A stretch of 32,000 nucleotides of DNA from Caedibacter taeniospiralis (GTDB lineage: Bacteria > Pseudomonadota > Gammaproteobacteria > Francisellales > Francisellaceae): assembly GCF_002803295.2 (NCBI RefSeq), contig NZ_PGGB02000015.1:1528-33527 (forward strand), in the 5' to 3' direction. Under the pieces are notes generated by a model. That model worked only from the letters and a program-made list of their open reading frames with translations. It ran no database searches and had not been told where the DNA came from. This document shows positions 17,380-27,669 of the stretch, in pieces. How positions within the stretch are numbered: position 1 is the stretch's first letter; the number at the start of each line of letters is the position of its first letter. The translations under genes and the position numbers were made by a program.

Positions 17380-18789
17380 ATGTTTAAGAGTTTATCCGAA
17401 CGTTTAGGCAGTTCTCTTGACAAGATTAAAGGTCAAGGTCGATTAACCGAAGACAATATCAAAAGCGCATTACGCGATGTGCGCATGGCGCTACTGGAGG
17501 CAGATGTTGCGCTGCCCGTTGTTAAGCAGTTTATTCAGCGCATCCAGGAGGAAGCACTGGGGGAAAAAATCCGCACCAGTTTAACTCCTGGACAAACCTT
17601 TATTTCAATGGTGAAGCATGAGCTTGAGCACACACTTGGTGAAAAAAATGAAACGCTGAACTTGAACGCTCAACCCCCAGTTGTTATTTTGATGGCAGGG
17701 TTACAGGGTTCAGGAAAAACAACCACAACGGCGAAACTTGCTAAATTTTTAAAGGAACGCCAAAACAAAAAAGTCATGGTGGTCAGTGTTGACGTCTATC
17801 GTCCTGCTGCGATTAAACAATTACAAACGCTGGCAGAATCTCTTAATATAAATTTTTGCCCATCCTCCAGCGATGAAAAGCCACTTGATATTGCCAAAAA
17901 GGCGATGCAGCAAGCCAAACAACAGGTTTGTGATGTCCTTATTCTAGACACGGCAGGTCGTTTACATATCGATGATCAGATGATGGATGAGGTGAAGGCA
18001 CTGCATGAAGCAGTTAAACCGACTGAAACCCTTTTTGTCGTTGACAGTATGACAGGACAAGACGCGGCAAATACGGCTAAAGCCTTTAATGATGCCTTAC
18101 CATTGACGGGAGTAATACTCACAAAGGCAGATGGCGACGCGCGAGGTGGCGCTGCATTGTCCATACGCGAAATCACAGGAAAACCCATTAAGTTTATCGG
18201 GATAGGTGAAAAGACAGATGCGGTTGAACCATTTCATCCTGATCGAATTGCTTCACGCATTCTTGGCATGGGCGATGTGTTATCTCTTATTGAAGAAGTT
18301 GAACAAAAAGTTGACAAAGCTGAAGCAAAGGAGTTAGTCACCAAGCTGAAAAAAGGTAAGTCCTTTACCCTTGAAGACTTCAAGAACCAGCTGCAACAAA
18401 TGAAAAAAATGGGCGGCATTGGCTCTATGCTGGATAAGCTGCCAGGGATGGGTAACATGGGTGCCAATATTCAGGGTAAGGTGAATGACAAAATGTTTGT
18501 GCAAATGGAAGCGATCATTAACTCAATGACGCCTCTTGAGCGCAGAAAGCCCGAGCTGATTAAATCATCACGTAAGCTGCGCATTGCTAAAGGTTCAGGA
18601 ACACAAGTTCAGGATATTAACCGTTTGTTAATGCAGTTTACCCAAATGCAGAAGATGATGAAAAAAATGAGTATGGGAGGAATTGGCAAAATGATGGGGA
18701 CAATGCGCCACATGACACAAATGAAAAACGTGCAAGGCATGATTCCTCCTGGCAAAGGTGGCAAGTTTTTTAAGTCAAGACCGACTTAG
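17380..18789 (+). CDS. ffh: signal recognition particle protein (Ffh)
   Basis: GLQGSGKTTTTAKLAKFL, VSVDVYRPAAIKQL, DTAGRLHIDDQMM, TKADGDARGGAALSI, and a methionine-rich M domain. Confidence 0.97.
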   Translation: MFKSLSERLGSSLDKIKGQGRLTEDNIKSALRDVRMALLEADVALPVVKQFIQRIQEEALGEKIRTSLTPGQTFISMVKHELEHTLGEKNETLNLNAQPPVVILMAGLQGSGKTTTTAKLAKFLKERQNKKVMVVSVDVYRPAAIKQLQTLAESLNINFCPSSSDEKPLDIAKKAMQQAKQQVCDVLILDTAGRLHIDDQMMDEVKALHEAVKPTETLFVVDSMTGQDAANTAKAFNDALPLTGVILTKADGDARGGAALSIREITGKPIKFIGIGEKTDAVEPFHPDRIASRILGMGDVLSLIEEVEQKVDKAEAKELVTKLKKGKSFTLEDFKNQLQQMKKMGGIGSMLDKLPGMGNMGANIQGKVNDKMFVQMEAIINSMTPLERRKPELIKSSRKLRIAKGSGTQVQDINRLLMQFTQMQKMMKKMSMGGIGKMMGTMRHMTQMKNVQGMIPPGKGGKFFKSRPT

Positions 18790-18807
18790 TTTAATTTGTT
18801 GAGTACT

Positions 18808-18841
18808 GGTGGATGCGCCTTCAGCTTATCCACCCTACTAC
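18808..18841. repeat. REP-like repeat, copy 4 (GGTGGATGCGCCTTCAGCTTATCCACCCTACTAC)
   Basis: In the convergent gap between ffh and the - strand PLP enzyme; shares upstream TTGAGTAYTG with copy 3. Confidence 0.85.
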
Positions 18842-18863
18842 TGAAACTCTGGGTAAATAGTTC

Positions 18864-20024
18864 CTAAGCCCGAAGTTCGCGGGTATCTGTCACAAGTCGG
18901 TTATATTCATCGATGAATTCCTGAAATATTGCAAGCGTGTCTACTGACACCTCGCAGCCAATAGATAACCTTAACAACCAGGGGGAAACCTGTAATTGAA
19001 TTTGTTGCAGTTTCTTAACTTCTTTATGTGACATCGTAGCAGGGTGGCTTAGAGAGCTGTGAACCGCACCAAAGCTCAGTGTTTTAGGAAAATAGTATTT
19101 GAGTTTGTTAGATAGCAGCATAAACTGCGACTCATTACGACACTCAACTGCTAACAACAGACCTGAAACAACACTGTTCTTTTTTAGCCAGTGTGCATGT
19201 TTTTGGCTTAAATCACCCGCGTAGTAAATTGCTGCAAACAGGTTACTTTTTTTCAAAAGCGCATATACCTGTGCGGTATTCTCAGCGATTCGCTCCAAAC
19301 GTAAATGCACCGTTTTTAAACTTCTGGACAATAGCCATGACTGGAATGGATCAAGTGCGAAGCCCGTTTGACGAATAATTCTGGCAATCTGATCCTTATA
19401 AAGACTATTGCTTGCAATGACGCCTGAAGTTACATCGGCATGCCCCACCAAATACTTTGTCGAGGACTGCAGGGCAATGTCAGCACCCTGCTTTAACGGC
19501 ATAAAGGCATAGGATGACATCAGTGAATTATCAACGACTAAACAAATATTGTGTGCCTTAGTGATGCGAGCAAGTTCAGCGATAGGAGTGATTTTCTGTA
19601 GAGGATTTGACACTGTCTCACACAATACCATTTTGGTCTTTGCTGTGATTTGTTGCATTAAATTAGCAGGGTTTTGTAAGTCGATCTGCTTAAGAACAAT
19701 ACCACGGGTTTCTGTCATCTCCTCCAGGATAAATGACAAACCTGCATAAAAATCTCCCCCAACGATTAACTCATCGCCCCGGTTAAGCAGTGACAAAATA
19801 ACATTCAATGCCGACAAGCCACTACTTACAGCAAATGCAGCATCTGCCTCATCTAAGATCGCAAGCTGTGCCTCTAAGTATCGCCGTGTTGGATTCTGCA
19901 CGCGCGAATACTCAAAGTCATTTGGCAGATTTTGGTCAAAGGTACTGACCTGGTAAATGGGCATGCTCATCGCATGATAGGCGTCGTTATTTTCAAGATG
20001 AAGTAAGCGCGTTATTCTATTCAT
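18864..20024 (-). CDS. Cys/Met metabolism PLP-dependent enzyme (cystathionine gamma-synthase/lyase family)
   Basis: PIYQVSTFDQ, EYSRVQNPTRRYLEAQLAILDEADAAFAVSSGLSAL, VVDNSLMSSY, and SSTKYLVGHADVTSGVI (PLP-lysine motif). Confidence 0.88.
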   Translation of the reverse strand: MNRITRLLHLENNDAYHAMSMPIYQVSTFDQNLPNDFEYSRVQNPTRRYLEAQLAILDEADAAFAVSSGLSALNVILSLLNRGDELIVGGDFYAGLSFILEEMTETRGIVLKQIDLQNPANLMQQITAKTKMVLCETVSNPLQKITPIAELARITKAHNICLVVDNSLMSSYAFMPLKQGADIALQSSTKYLVGHADVTSGVIASNSLYKDQIARIIRQTGFALDPFQSWLLSRSLKTVHLRLERIAENTAQVYALLKKSNLFAAIYYAGDLSQKHAHWLKKNSVVSGLLLAVECRNESQFMLLSNKLKYYFPKTLSFGAVHSSLSHPATMSHKEVKKLQQIQLQVSPWLLRLSIGCEVSVDTLAIFQEFIDEYNRLVTDTRELRA

Positions 20025-20059
20025 ATTTTCACAATTTTCTGTCTGTTCATAGCAAATAT

Positions 20060-22162
20060 TTATTCGATAAGACTGAGGCTTACACGCTGTCGCTCAACAT
20101 CAACACCAATCACTTTAATATGTGGTAGTTGCTGATTAAGACTGATCACTTCATTTGGATGATTTATCCGTTTACTACTTAGTTGTGAAATATGAATCAT
20201 TCCATCATTTTTTAACCCAATATCAACAAATACCCCAAAGTCGGTAATATTGCGTACAACACCAGAAACAACTGCACCAACCTCAAGCGCTTTTATATCC
20301 AGCACATCGGCACTAAATAGGATTGCGGGCAATTCATCTCTGGGGTCAAAACCTGGTTTTTGCAGCTCTTTAATAATGTCGCGCAAGCTTGCCTCGCCAA
20401 TATGATACTGCTTTGAAAAACTGGCAATATTGAGCTGCTGTAATTCTGACGCTGTTTTTTTTAATAACTCTCCTGCAACAGGGTAATGATCAGGGTGCAC
20501 CCCCGTATTATCTAAGACATCACAAGCATCAGGAATACGCATAAAGCCTGAACACTGCTCAAAAGCTTTTTCCCCGAGACCTTTAACCTTTTTGATCTCA
20601 GTAATACGCTTAAACGCCCCATGTACCTGGCGATAATTCACTATCTCTTTTGCTAAACGAGGGCTTAAACCTGCAACATATGACAACAGTTTATCCGACG
20701 CGGTGTTGAGATTCACGCCCACATTATTCACCACAGTCTCAGTGACATCATGCAGCTTCTGTGTCAGCTTCTTTTGATCCACATCATGCTGATATTGTCC
20801 CACTCCCAAAGCCTTAGGGTCAATTTTAACCAGTGCGGCCATAGGATTCTGCAATCTTTGTGCAATCGATATAGCCCCTCTGATCGTCACATCTAGATCA
20901 GGATATTCTTCGTGTGCAAGCTTGGAGGCAGAATAAACTGAAGCACCTGCCTCAGATACAACGGTATAACACAACTTATGCACTTCCTCTTCATTGTATT
21001 TGGCAAAAAAATCCTGAAGCTCACGCGAGGCCGTTCCATTGCCAATAGCAACCGTATCAATCTGGTATTTCTCAACCAGTGATTTGACGATCTTTTTCGC
21101 CTCTGAAACTTTGTTATGAGGCGCAGCAGGATAGATTACACCTTGCGCTAAATACATGCCTTTAGCATCAATAACCGCAAGTTTGGCACCTGTTTTAAAC
21201 CCTGGATCCACGCCTAAAATCGCATTTGCCTTGACAGGTGGGCTCATAAGCAACTGGCTTAGGTTCTCAGCAAAGACGCAAATGGCTGAGCTTTCAGCCT
21301 TTTCTTTTAATTGATTGATTAACTCACGTTCAATCGCAGGATACAGCAGCCTCTTATAGCCATCATAATAAGCTTCTAGTAGTAACTTGACGACAGTTCC
21401 TGCATTTCTTGGCAACTTATAACGCTCTATGGTTTCTTTGTAATGTTCATGATCAATCTCAACCTTCAGACTAAGCTCTTTTTCTGCCACTCCCCTGAAA
21501 ATTGCCAAAAGCCGATGTGCAGGAACTTTATTGATATTCGCTTGATATTGATCAAACTGAGTAAAATTACCTTGCGCATTACAGCTTTTTGTCGCCTTAA
21601 CATGTAACACCCCAAAACGTGAAGCCTGATCGCGCACAAACATACGCTCTTTTGGGCTATCTGCATATATCTCTGCGGCAATATCCATCGCCCCCTGTAC
21701 GGCTTCTTCGATAGTTTTCGTCTCGCCTTTAACAAACGATTTTGCCCGTGCATAAAACACATCTTCACTGTCATAAGCTTTGATGAGTATATCCGCAAGT
21801 CCCTGCAATCCCTTCTCAATAGCTGCTTGCGCACGCGTATTGCGCTTTTGTTTATAAGGCTGGTAGATATCTTCAAGCTCATTCAGGGTTTGGACTGAGG
21901 CTAGTGCTTGCTTTAATTTATCGTCATATAAGTTGCGTTCAATCAAGGTACGCGCGATTTCATCTTTGCGCAGCTCAAGTTTTTGCAGATATTGGTAATG
22001 CTCATGAAAATCCCTAAGCTCTGCATCGCTTGCGCCGTTAGTCATTTCTTTACGATAACGCGCAATAAAAGGAATAGTTGCTCCCCCTTCTAATAAGGAA
22101 ACAATATTTTCAACGGACTTGATGGATAAGCCACTTTTTGTAGCAAGGCATTGTAAGTTCAT
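20060..22162 (-). CDS. tex: Tex RNA-binding transcription accessory protein
   Basis: IPFIARYRKEMTNGASDAELRD, DIYQPYKQKRNTRAQAA, GVDPGFKTGAKLAVID, and C-terminal S1 domain GAVVSGVVRNITDFGVFVDIGLKNDGMIHISQLS. 700 aa, ending right after the S1 domain. Confidence 0.95.
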   Translation of the reverse strand: MNLQCLATKSGLSIKSVENIVSLLEGGATIPFIARYRKEMTNGASDAELRDFHEHYQYLQKLELRKDEIARTLIERNLYDDKLKQALASVQTLNELEDIYQPYKQKRNTRAQAAIEKGLQGLADILIKAYDSEDVFYARAKSFVKGETKTIEEAVQGAMDIAAEIYADSPKERMFVRDQASRFGVLHVKATKSCNAQGNFTQFDQYQANINKVPAHRLLAIFRGVAEKELSLKVEIDHEHYKETIERYKLPRNAGTVVKLLLEAYYDGYKRLLYPAIERELINQLKEKAESSAICVFAENLSQLLMSPPVKANAILGVDPGFKTGAKLAVIDAKGMYLAQGVIYPAAPHNKVSEAKKIVKSLVEKYQIDTVAIGNGTASRELQDFFAKYNEEEVHKLCYTVVSEAGASVYSASKLAHEEYPDLDVTIRGAISIAQRLQNPMAALVKIDPKALGVGQYQHDVDQKKLTQKLHDVTETVVNNVGVNLNTASDKLLSYVAGLSPRLAKEIVNYRQVHGAFKRITEIKKVKGLGEKAFEQCSGFMRIPDACDVLDNTGVHPDHYPVAGELLKKTASELQQLNIASFSKQYHIGEASLRDIIKELQKPGFDPRDELPAILFSADVLDIKALEVGAVVSGVVRNITDFGVFVDIGLKNDGMIHISQLSSKRINHPNEVISLNQQLPHIKVIGVDVERQRVSLSLIE

Positions 22163-22206
22163 GAAGCTTTAAGAGGTTTCAATTGTGGCTGCTATCTTCA
22201 GTGATT

Positions 22207-23202
22207 TTATTGGTAATGTCCACTATTATCCGCCTGGATCCACGCTGCCACATCTAATGCACTATAAGTCAGAATAAGCTTGGCGCCTGCGCGCTTGATT
22301 GCTGTTAATGACTCTAGCAACACCGCTTTTTCATCAAGCCAGCCTTTTTCCGCTGCCGCCTTAATCATGGCATACTCACCGCTAACGTGATATGCCGCTA
22401 CAGGTAAATGGGTATTTCGCCTGACATCTTGAATGATGTCCAAGTAGCTCAATGCAGGCTTCACCATCAAAAAATCCGCTCCTTCATCCTCATCCATTTG
22501 TGCTTCTTTTAGTGCCTCACTTTTATTGCGATAATCCATCTGATAAGATTTTCTATCCCCCTTAGGTGTTGAGTCACAGGCACTTCTAAAAGGACCATAA
22601 AAACCTGAAGCATATTTCACGGCATAAGACATAATTGCTACTTCACTATAATCATTTTGATCAAGCGCATAACGCATTGCCTGAATCATGCCATCCATCA
22701 TGCCACTAGGCGCCACAATATCTGCTCCCGCTTTAGCATGTGACACTGCTGTTTTTTGCAAGATATCTAAAGTCTGGTCATTACTGATTTCTTCGTTATG
22801 CACAATGCCACAATGACCGTCTGTGGTGTATGCGCACAAACACACGTCAGTTGCAATAAGTAAGCCTGGATACAAGCTTTTAATTTCGCAAATTGCCTGC
22901 TGTACAATGCCATTATCCGCGTAATTTTCAGATGCGTATTTATCTTTAATGGCAGGAAGTCCAAACAGCATAATTGATAAAACACCCGATTTTTTAATCT
23001 CTTCAATCAACTCTGGCAACCGATCCAAAGACCAATGATATTGATTTGGCATCCCGTTGATTTCGCGTTTGATATCATATCCATGAACCACAAAGACAGG
23101 ATACATGAAATCGCTCACATGTAATCGCACCTCAGCAACCTGCTCTCTTAAGCTCGCATTACGACGCAGTCTTCTGGGGCGTGTTACAGGGAAAAAGCCC
23201 AT
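22207..23202 (-). CDS. hemB: delta-aminolevulinic acid dehydratase (porphobilinogen synthase)
   Basis: FPVTRPRRLRR, DVCLCAYTTDGHCGIV zinc-type cysteine cluster, and MVKPALSYLDII. Start taken at MGFFPVTRP (23202) rather than the track's 23256. Confidence 0.95.
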   Translation of the reverse strand: MGFFPVTRPRRLRRNASLREQVAEVRLHVSDFMYPVFVVHGYDIKREINGMPNQYHWSLDRLPELIEEIKKSGVLSIMLFGLPAIKDKYASENYADNGIVQQAICEIKSLYPGLLIATDVCLCAYTTDGHCGIVHNEEISNDQTLDILQKTAVSHAKAGADIVAPSGMMDGMIQAMRYALDQNDYSEVAIMSYAVKYASGFYGPFRSACDSTPKGDRKSYQMDYRNKSEALKEAQMDEDEGADFLMVKPALSYLDIIQDVRRNTHLPVAAYHVSGEYAMIKAAAEKGWLDEKAVLLESLTAIKRAGAKLILTYSALDVAAWIQADNSGHYQ

Positions 23203-23203
23203 C

Positions 23204-23488
23204 TTACTCCCCTTTTTTCTTTGGTTTCCTGCGATACAAAATCGAAATATTACCAATAAGCTGCACTAACTCACACTTCATTTTTTGGCAAATCTCTTCT
23301 GTTACTGTTTGGCGAACCTCTTTTTCAGCGCCTGCTATTTTGACTTTAATCAGCTCATGAGCTACCAGAGCCAGATCGATTTCAACCAATACATTTTCAG
23401 TTAAACCTTTTTCACCCAGCAGTACCACTGGGTTTAAACCATGTGCCTGCGCCTTTAGCTGCTGACGTTGTTGTGATGTCAATGCCAT
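23204..23488 (-). CDS. yhbY: YhbY/CRS1-family RNA-binding protein
   Basis: LTSQQRQQLKAQAHGLNPVVLLGEKGLTENVLVEIDLALVAHELIKVKI and IGNISILYR. Confidence 0.93.
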   Translation of the reverse strand: MALTSQQRQQLKAQAHGLNPVVLLGEKGLTENVLVEIDLALVAHELIKVKIAGAEKEVRQTVTEEICQKMKCELVQLIGNISILYRRKPKKKGE

Positions 23489-23749
23489 ATTTTCCTCTAC
23501 TTTTTAAATTGTAATTTATTAAACTCGGCTATTTTATACTTATTTGATGGGCTTTAACTACTTTTACTTCAAAGGAACTTGGCACTCGTAATTCGCAAAC
23601 CGGTGCAATTTTAAAAGGCGACACACACCCCTGCAGCAAGAACAATTTCTACAGCTCCGCCGAATTTCTTGGAGTATTACAATCTGGAGTTACAATATAG
23701 AAACTCGAGAATCTAACTAGCCCCAGCATTATTGTCCAAAAACCTTGTT

Positions 23750-24526
23750 TTATAAAAGCTTCTGCTGCTCCCATAGTGCATCTAATTCATCGGCATTAGC
23801 ATCAAGCATGCTGCGATTCTGCTGTTTTAGCGCGCCTTCAATACCTCGAAAGCGTGTGGAGAACTTATGATTAGCCTGGCGCATTAATGCCTCTGGGTCA
23901 GCTTTTAAGTGCCTGGCAAGGTTCACACAGGTAAATAATAAATCCCCCAACTCCTCTTCGGCTTTCTTCTGATCACAAAGTAACACTTCTTTGAGCTCTT
24001 CTACTTCACTCTCAAGCCTGGCAAAAACATCTTCAATGCTGTGCCAATCAAAGCCGACACTCGCAGCCCTTGTTTGCATTTTCTTGGCTACTAGCATTGC
24101 AGGCATATTCAACGCAATCCCATCTAACTCGCTTTGACCCCTGCCACGTTCTTTGCGTTTAATCTCCAGCCATTCTTTCTCTAATGCTGCAACCTCTTTG
24201 ATCTGCCCCGCTGCAAAGACATTGGGATGGCGAGCGATAAGCTTTTTCGTCAACGCATCAACAATATCATCAAAATCAAATAGCCCTTCCTCTTTAGCAA
24301 TTTGCGCATAAAAAACAATTTGATTTAATAAATCTGCCAGTTCATATTTAACGAAATCTGTGGTGTGATGTTCGATGGCATCGACAAGCTCATATGCCTC
24401 TTCAATTGTGTACTCGGTTAAGGTGCGCCAGGTCTGCTCAATTGTCCAGGCACAACCCTTATCCTTATCGCGCATCGTTGCCATCACATGCAGAAGATCA
24501 CTCAATTGATATTGCTTAGAAGACAT
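23750..24526 (-). CDS. mazG: nucleoside triphosphate pyrophosphohydrolase
   Basis: LLHVMATMRDKDKGCAWTIEQTWRTLTEYTIEEAYELVDAI, duplicated MazG domains, and KRKERGRGQSELDG. Confidence 0.94.
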   Translation of the reverse strand: MSSKQYQLSDLLHVMATMRDKDKGCAWTIEQTWRTLTEYTIEEAYELVDAIEHHTTDFVKYELADLLNQIVFYAQIAKEEGLFDFDDIVDALTKKLIARHPNVFAAGQIKEVAALEKEWLEIKRKERGRGQSELDGIALNMPAMLVAKKMQTRAASVGFDWHSIEDVFARLESEVEELKEVLLCDQKKAEEELGDLLFTCVNLARHLKADPEALMRQANHKFSTRFRGIEGALKQQNRSMLDANADELDALWEQQKLL

Positions 24527-25292
24527 CTTTACGCGCCCTTAATTCACAAAAAGCAGTTCTGGCATCAATGATCTGTTCATTGCTTTGCCTCAAAATCCGC
24601 CTTAACCTTGACTCTCCTGCGCGAAAGAAAATATTCATTTCTCTTTCATCCCCCAAAGTTGTAATGGGTTTATCCTCTGGTACAACACCACTGACTTGAT
24701 TTGACCATTTTTTATAGGTCAAATCCTCAGAATCAATGCTTTGGGCGAAGGCCAAATTACCCTCAAAGTAATCATGCGCTGGATAAAGCTTTGTTTCAGC
24801 GGGAAGTTTTTTGAGTTTTTCGATACTCTCATAGAGCATTTTCACATCTGCCGTCACATCCTTAACATTACCCACGCCTGCAGTAAAAATGGTATCACCA
24901 CAAAAAAGCAGCTCCTCCATCGGAAAATAAAAGCTAACATGCGAGGCAATGTGTCCAGGACAGGGAATTACCTGACACAAAGTCGTTGCAAATAAAATCC
25001 TCATTTCCTCGCTAACGATGTAATCAACCTTACCCCCGCGGTATTCTATAAAATTGCCATAGACAGGAATAGCGTATTTACCTTTCAAGCATGCAGCCGC
25101 AGCAACGTGATCATGGTGATTATGTGTCAATAAAATGGCTTCTGGCTGGATGCCGTTTTCTGTTAAAAAACTTTCATAATGCGTTGACAACGTTGGGTCG
25201 ACAATGAGTCCCGTTTTTTTCCAGCTATTGACGATTAAATAATTATAATTGCGTAAGGGATTATTTAGGTACCATCGCTTAACATATATCAT
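24516..25292 (-). CDS. gloB: hydroxyacylglutathione hydrolase-like MBL-fold hydrolase (glyoxalase II family)
   Basis: LLTHNHHDHVAAA, PCPGHIASHVSFYF, LLFCGDTIFTAGVG, and PAHDYFEGN metal-binding motifs. Confidence 0.88.
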   Translation of the reverse strand: MIYVKRWYLNNPLRNYNYLIVNSWKKTGLIVDPTLSTHYESFLTENGIQPEAILLTHNHHDHVAAAACLKGKYAIPVYGNFIEYRGGKVDYIVSEEMRILFATTLCQVIPCPGHIASHVSFYFPMEELLFCGDTIFTAGVGNVKDVTADVKMLYESIEKLKKLPAETKLYPAHDYFEGNLAFAQSIDSEDLTYKKWSNQVSGVVPEDKPITTLGDEREMNIFFRAGESRLRRILRQSNEQIIDARTAFCELRARKDVF

Positions 25293-26461
25293 TGCGACTC
25301 CAACAATAACTTTTCAAATTCATGCTGCAATTTCTGTCCCTCATGCGCTCTTGATTGATACTCTGCCAGCTTCGATTTTAACAGCATGAGTTTTGCCTGA
25401 TCAATTTTTTTCAACTCATTGTGGTGAACCACGTGGAGATTGCTCTCAATAAAACTCAAATCGTTATGTAACAAAGCATGTGTCATAACCAGAAGATTTA
25501 GTGCCTGATCCTCATGTGTCTTTTCTTTTAACCAGCAAGACTTGATAAATTCATCAGTGACTTCATCCTTGCCAAGCTCAAGATACAGTAAACTCAATTC
25601 ATATTGGAGTGAGCTTACGAGTCGTTTTTGCATTCTTTCTCTCAATTCATCTTGTGAGATCAAGCCAGAAAGGCGCTTAAAGTAACAATATTCCACCCGA
25701 GCTGATACTGCGTAAGACCGAGGTAAGCCAAGCCAAATTTCATTCAGATCGCGCAATGAGACAACCTGCTGCAGCAAAGCATAAAAATAGTCATCTAACG
25801 AGGCTTGAGATAATATTCTTTGGTACTTTACAATGCTGTTCTTAGCACCAATACACTCTTTTTGCCTTATCTGGCTATTGATCAAAGCATCAACGATTTC
25901 AAGACTATTGGGCTCCTCTTTTACGAGTGTTTGCAGCAAAGACAACGCTGCACTAAAAGCCCCTGCTTTATAAAAAATCATCGCCTGGTAATAGCGCCAG
26001 ATAAATCGATCTTTAACATCTTCCTTGACTGATTGCAGAATACTTTGCAGCTCCTGGCACTTACCCTGTACCAATAGACTCTGCCAATAAAGTACCGTCA
26101 AACCATCGCCAATAACAGGCAATGAAACCTGAGCTTGAGCCCTGTGCTTTTCCAAACCGATATAGTCCCTGATAAAATAGCTCTTTTGTCTATTGATCAG
26201 CTGCTGAATAAGCTTCTGACACTTACGCTTATGTAAGCCCTGCCACCATTGCGCAGGGCTTAGCAAAACAAGCTTCAGTACATGATACAAAAGACCTGAC
26301 ACTAGAAAAAAAACAACTATGAGCACCACAAAAAGCCATAAAGGCAGCTTAACAAGTGTATCATCAACAAAGAATGCCACTACGCCTGGGTGAGATAAAA
26401 CCCATAAGCTGCCCAATACTGCCAGGGCACAAACCAGACCTAAGCCTATTGCCTTTTTCAT
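25289..26461 (-). CDS. hemY: HemY family protein
   Basis: N-terminal two-TM HemY_N-type region (VDDTLVKLPLWLFVVLIVVFFLVSGLLYHVLKLVL) plus TPR-like helical body; located after hemX. Confidence 0.85.
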   Translation of the reverse strand: MKKAIGLGLVCALAVLGSLWVLSHPGVVAFFVDDTLVKLPLWLFVVLIVVFFLVSGLLYHVLKLVLLSPAQWWQGLHKRKCQKLIQQLINRQKSYFIRDYIGLEKHRAQAQVSLPVIGDGLTVLYWQSLLVQGKCQELQSILQSVKEDVKDRFIWRYYQAMIFYKAGAFSAALSLLQTLVKEEPNSLEIVDALINSQIRQKECIGAKNSIVKYQRILSQASLDDYFYALLQQVVSLRDLNEIWLGLPRSYAVSARVEYCYFKRLSGLISQDELRERMQKRLVSSLQYELSLLYLELGKDEVTDEFIKSCWLKEKTHEDQALNLLVMTHALLHNDLSFIESNLHVVHHNELKKIDQAKLMLLKSKLAEYQSRAHEGQKLQHEFEKLLLESQ

Positions 26462-27669
26462 ATTGAGTCACCCTTCGATGGTGACTCTGGTAATGTCTCG
26501 CCAACCTTTTTATCCACCAATAATGAAGAGATGAGTCTGTCAACACCTTGCTCTATTTGGGCCATCGGAACCTCGTTTACCGCTGAAATAAGATTGATGA
26601 CTTTCTTTGCATTGTCATCGGCAACAAAATACTGCTCCACTGTTTTGATCAAAGCTTGCTTCAGCGTTGCTATCATCTTGGTATTATTATTTATAACACC
26701 CAGTTTTAGCTGCCACAATAAATTATAGAGACTTGACAATAGCTTGATGTGCCCATCTTGTGCCAATAACACTCGGTCTTGAGGTGCTATTTTCTGCACT
26801 TGTATAAGCGATTTCATTTGCTGCCACGACTGTGCTAAGGCATCGCGCCAACCTGTTTCATCGGATTTATATGTGCTTGTTATTCGATGATCTCTTTCAT
26901 CGCTTATTGTGCTAAGTGGTGGCAAAATTTTCAGATCCAATAAGCCTTCCTGCACAGCATTAATGCGTAAAAAGTTTTCTTCAACACTTGGCAGATTTTT
27001 TATTTGCACAATAAGTGAATCCATTTCAGGCATCCACTTCCCTGCCTGATCAACATTCATTAACATGGTTTTTGCTTGATTGAGAAACAGTAGCGTTTGT
27101 GTTTTACTGCCTAAAACCTGCCAGGCCTGTTTGCTAAAATTGAGATTTAAAACAACTGCCTGCTTATACATCTGCTGCATTTGTTGGCTTAGCGTAGAGC
27201 TTGGCAGCAAATAACTTTGTTGCACTTGGGCAAGCTTTTGCTCCAGTTGAGCCTGGCTCAGATTATTCGCATCTAATGCCTCTTTTAGTGCGCTTTGCTG
27301 CTTAGTTTGATTACCCTCCAGAGTGCCTAGCGCTTTTCGCTGCCGTTCTAGCTCCTGTGACTGAGCATCAACCGTATTTTGTAGTGCATTGATCTTAAGA
27401 ACATCTTTCTCCACAGGCTTTTCTGCCCTCATTATTGCCGCCTGTTGCAAAGCCTCGTTATAACCCTGCTGTTTGTATAAAGCAAACAGGCTTGCACCTA
27501 AACCCGCAATCGCAAAAACAGCGACCAAAATAAATATAGCAACATAGCCGCGCCAACCTCCAGATCCAGAGAAAGACTTGTTCGCTGACGCACTTCGAGT
27601 CTCAGGGGGGATTTCCAAGGTGTGCGTTAAGCTCATTTTTTCATCGGCTCTATTTATTTTCTCTGACAT
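26458..27669 (-). CDS. hemX: HemX family membrane protein
   Basis: Single N-terminal TM (YVAIFILVAVFAIAGLGASLFALY), coiled coil, and WKQMKSLIQVQKI...LLSSLYNLLWQLKLGVI; located between hemD and hemY. Confidence 0.85.
   Translation of the reverse strand: MSEKINRADEKMSLTHTLEIPPETRSASANKSFSGSGGWRGYVAIFILVAVFAIAGLGASLFALYKQQGYNEALQQAAIMRAEKPVEKDVLKINALQNTVDAQSQELERQRKALGTLEGNQTKQQSALKEALDANNLSQAQLEQKLAQVQQSYLLPSSTLSQQMQQMYKQAVVLNLNFSKQAWQVLGSKTQTLLFLNQAKTMLMNVDQAGKWMPEMDSLIVQIKNLPSVEENFLRINAVQEGLLDLKILPPLSTISDERDHRITSTYKSDETGWRDALAQSWQQMKSLIQVQKIAPQDRVLLAQDGHIKLLSSLYNLLWQLKLGVINNNTKMIATLKQALIKTVEQYFVADDNAKKVINLISAVNEVPMAQIEQGVDRLISSLLVDKKVGETLPESPSKGDSI

Noticed and set aside
20060-22162. Possible truncation of Tex (700 aa)
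   Set aside because: All core domains including the C-terminal S1 domain are intact; a variable tail after S1 is common, so no evidence of a defect.
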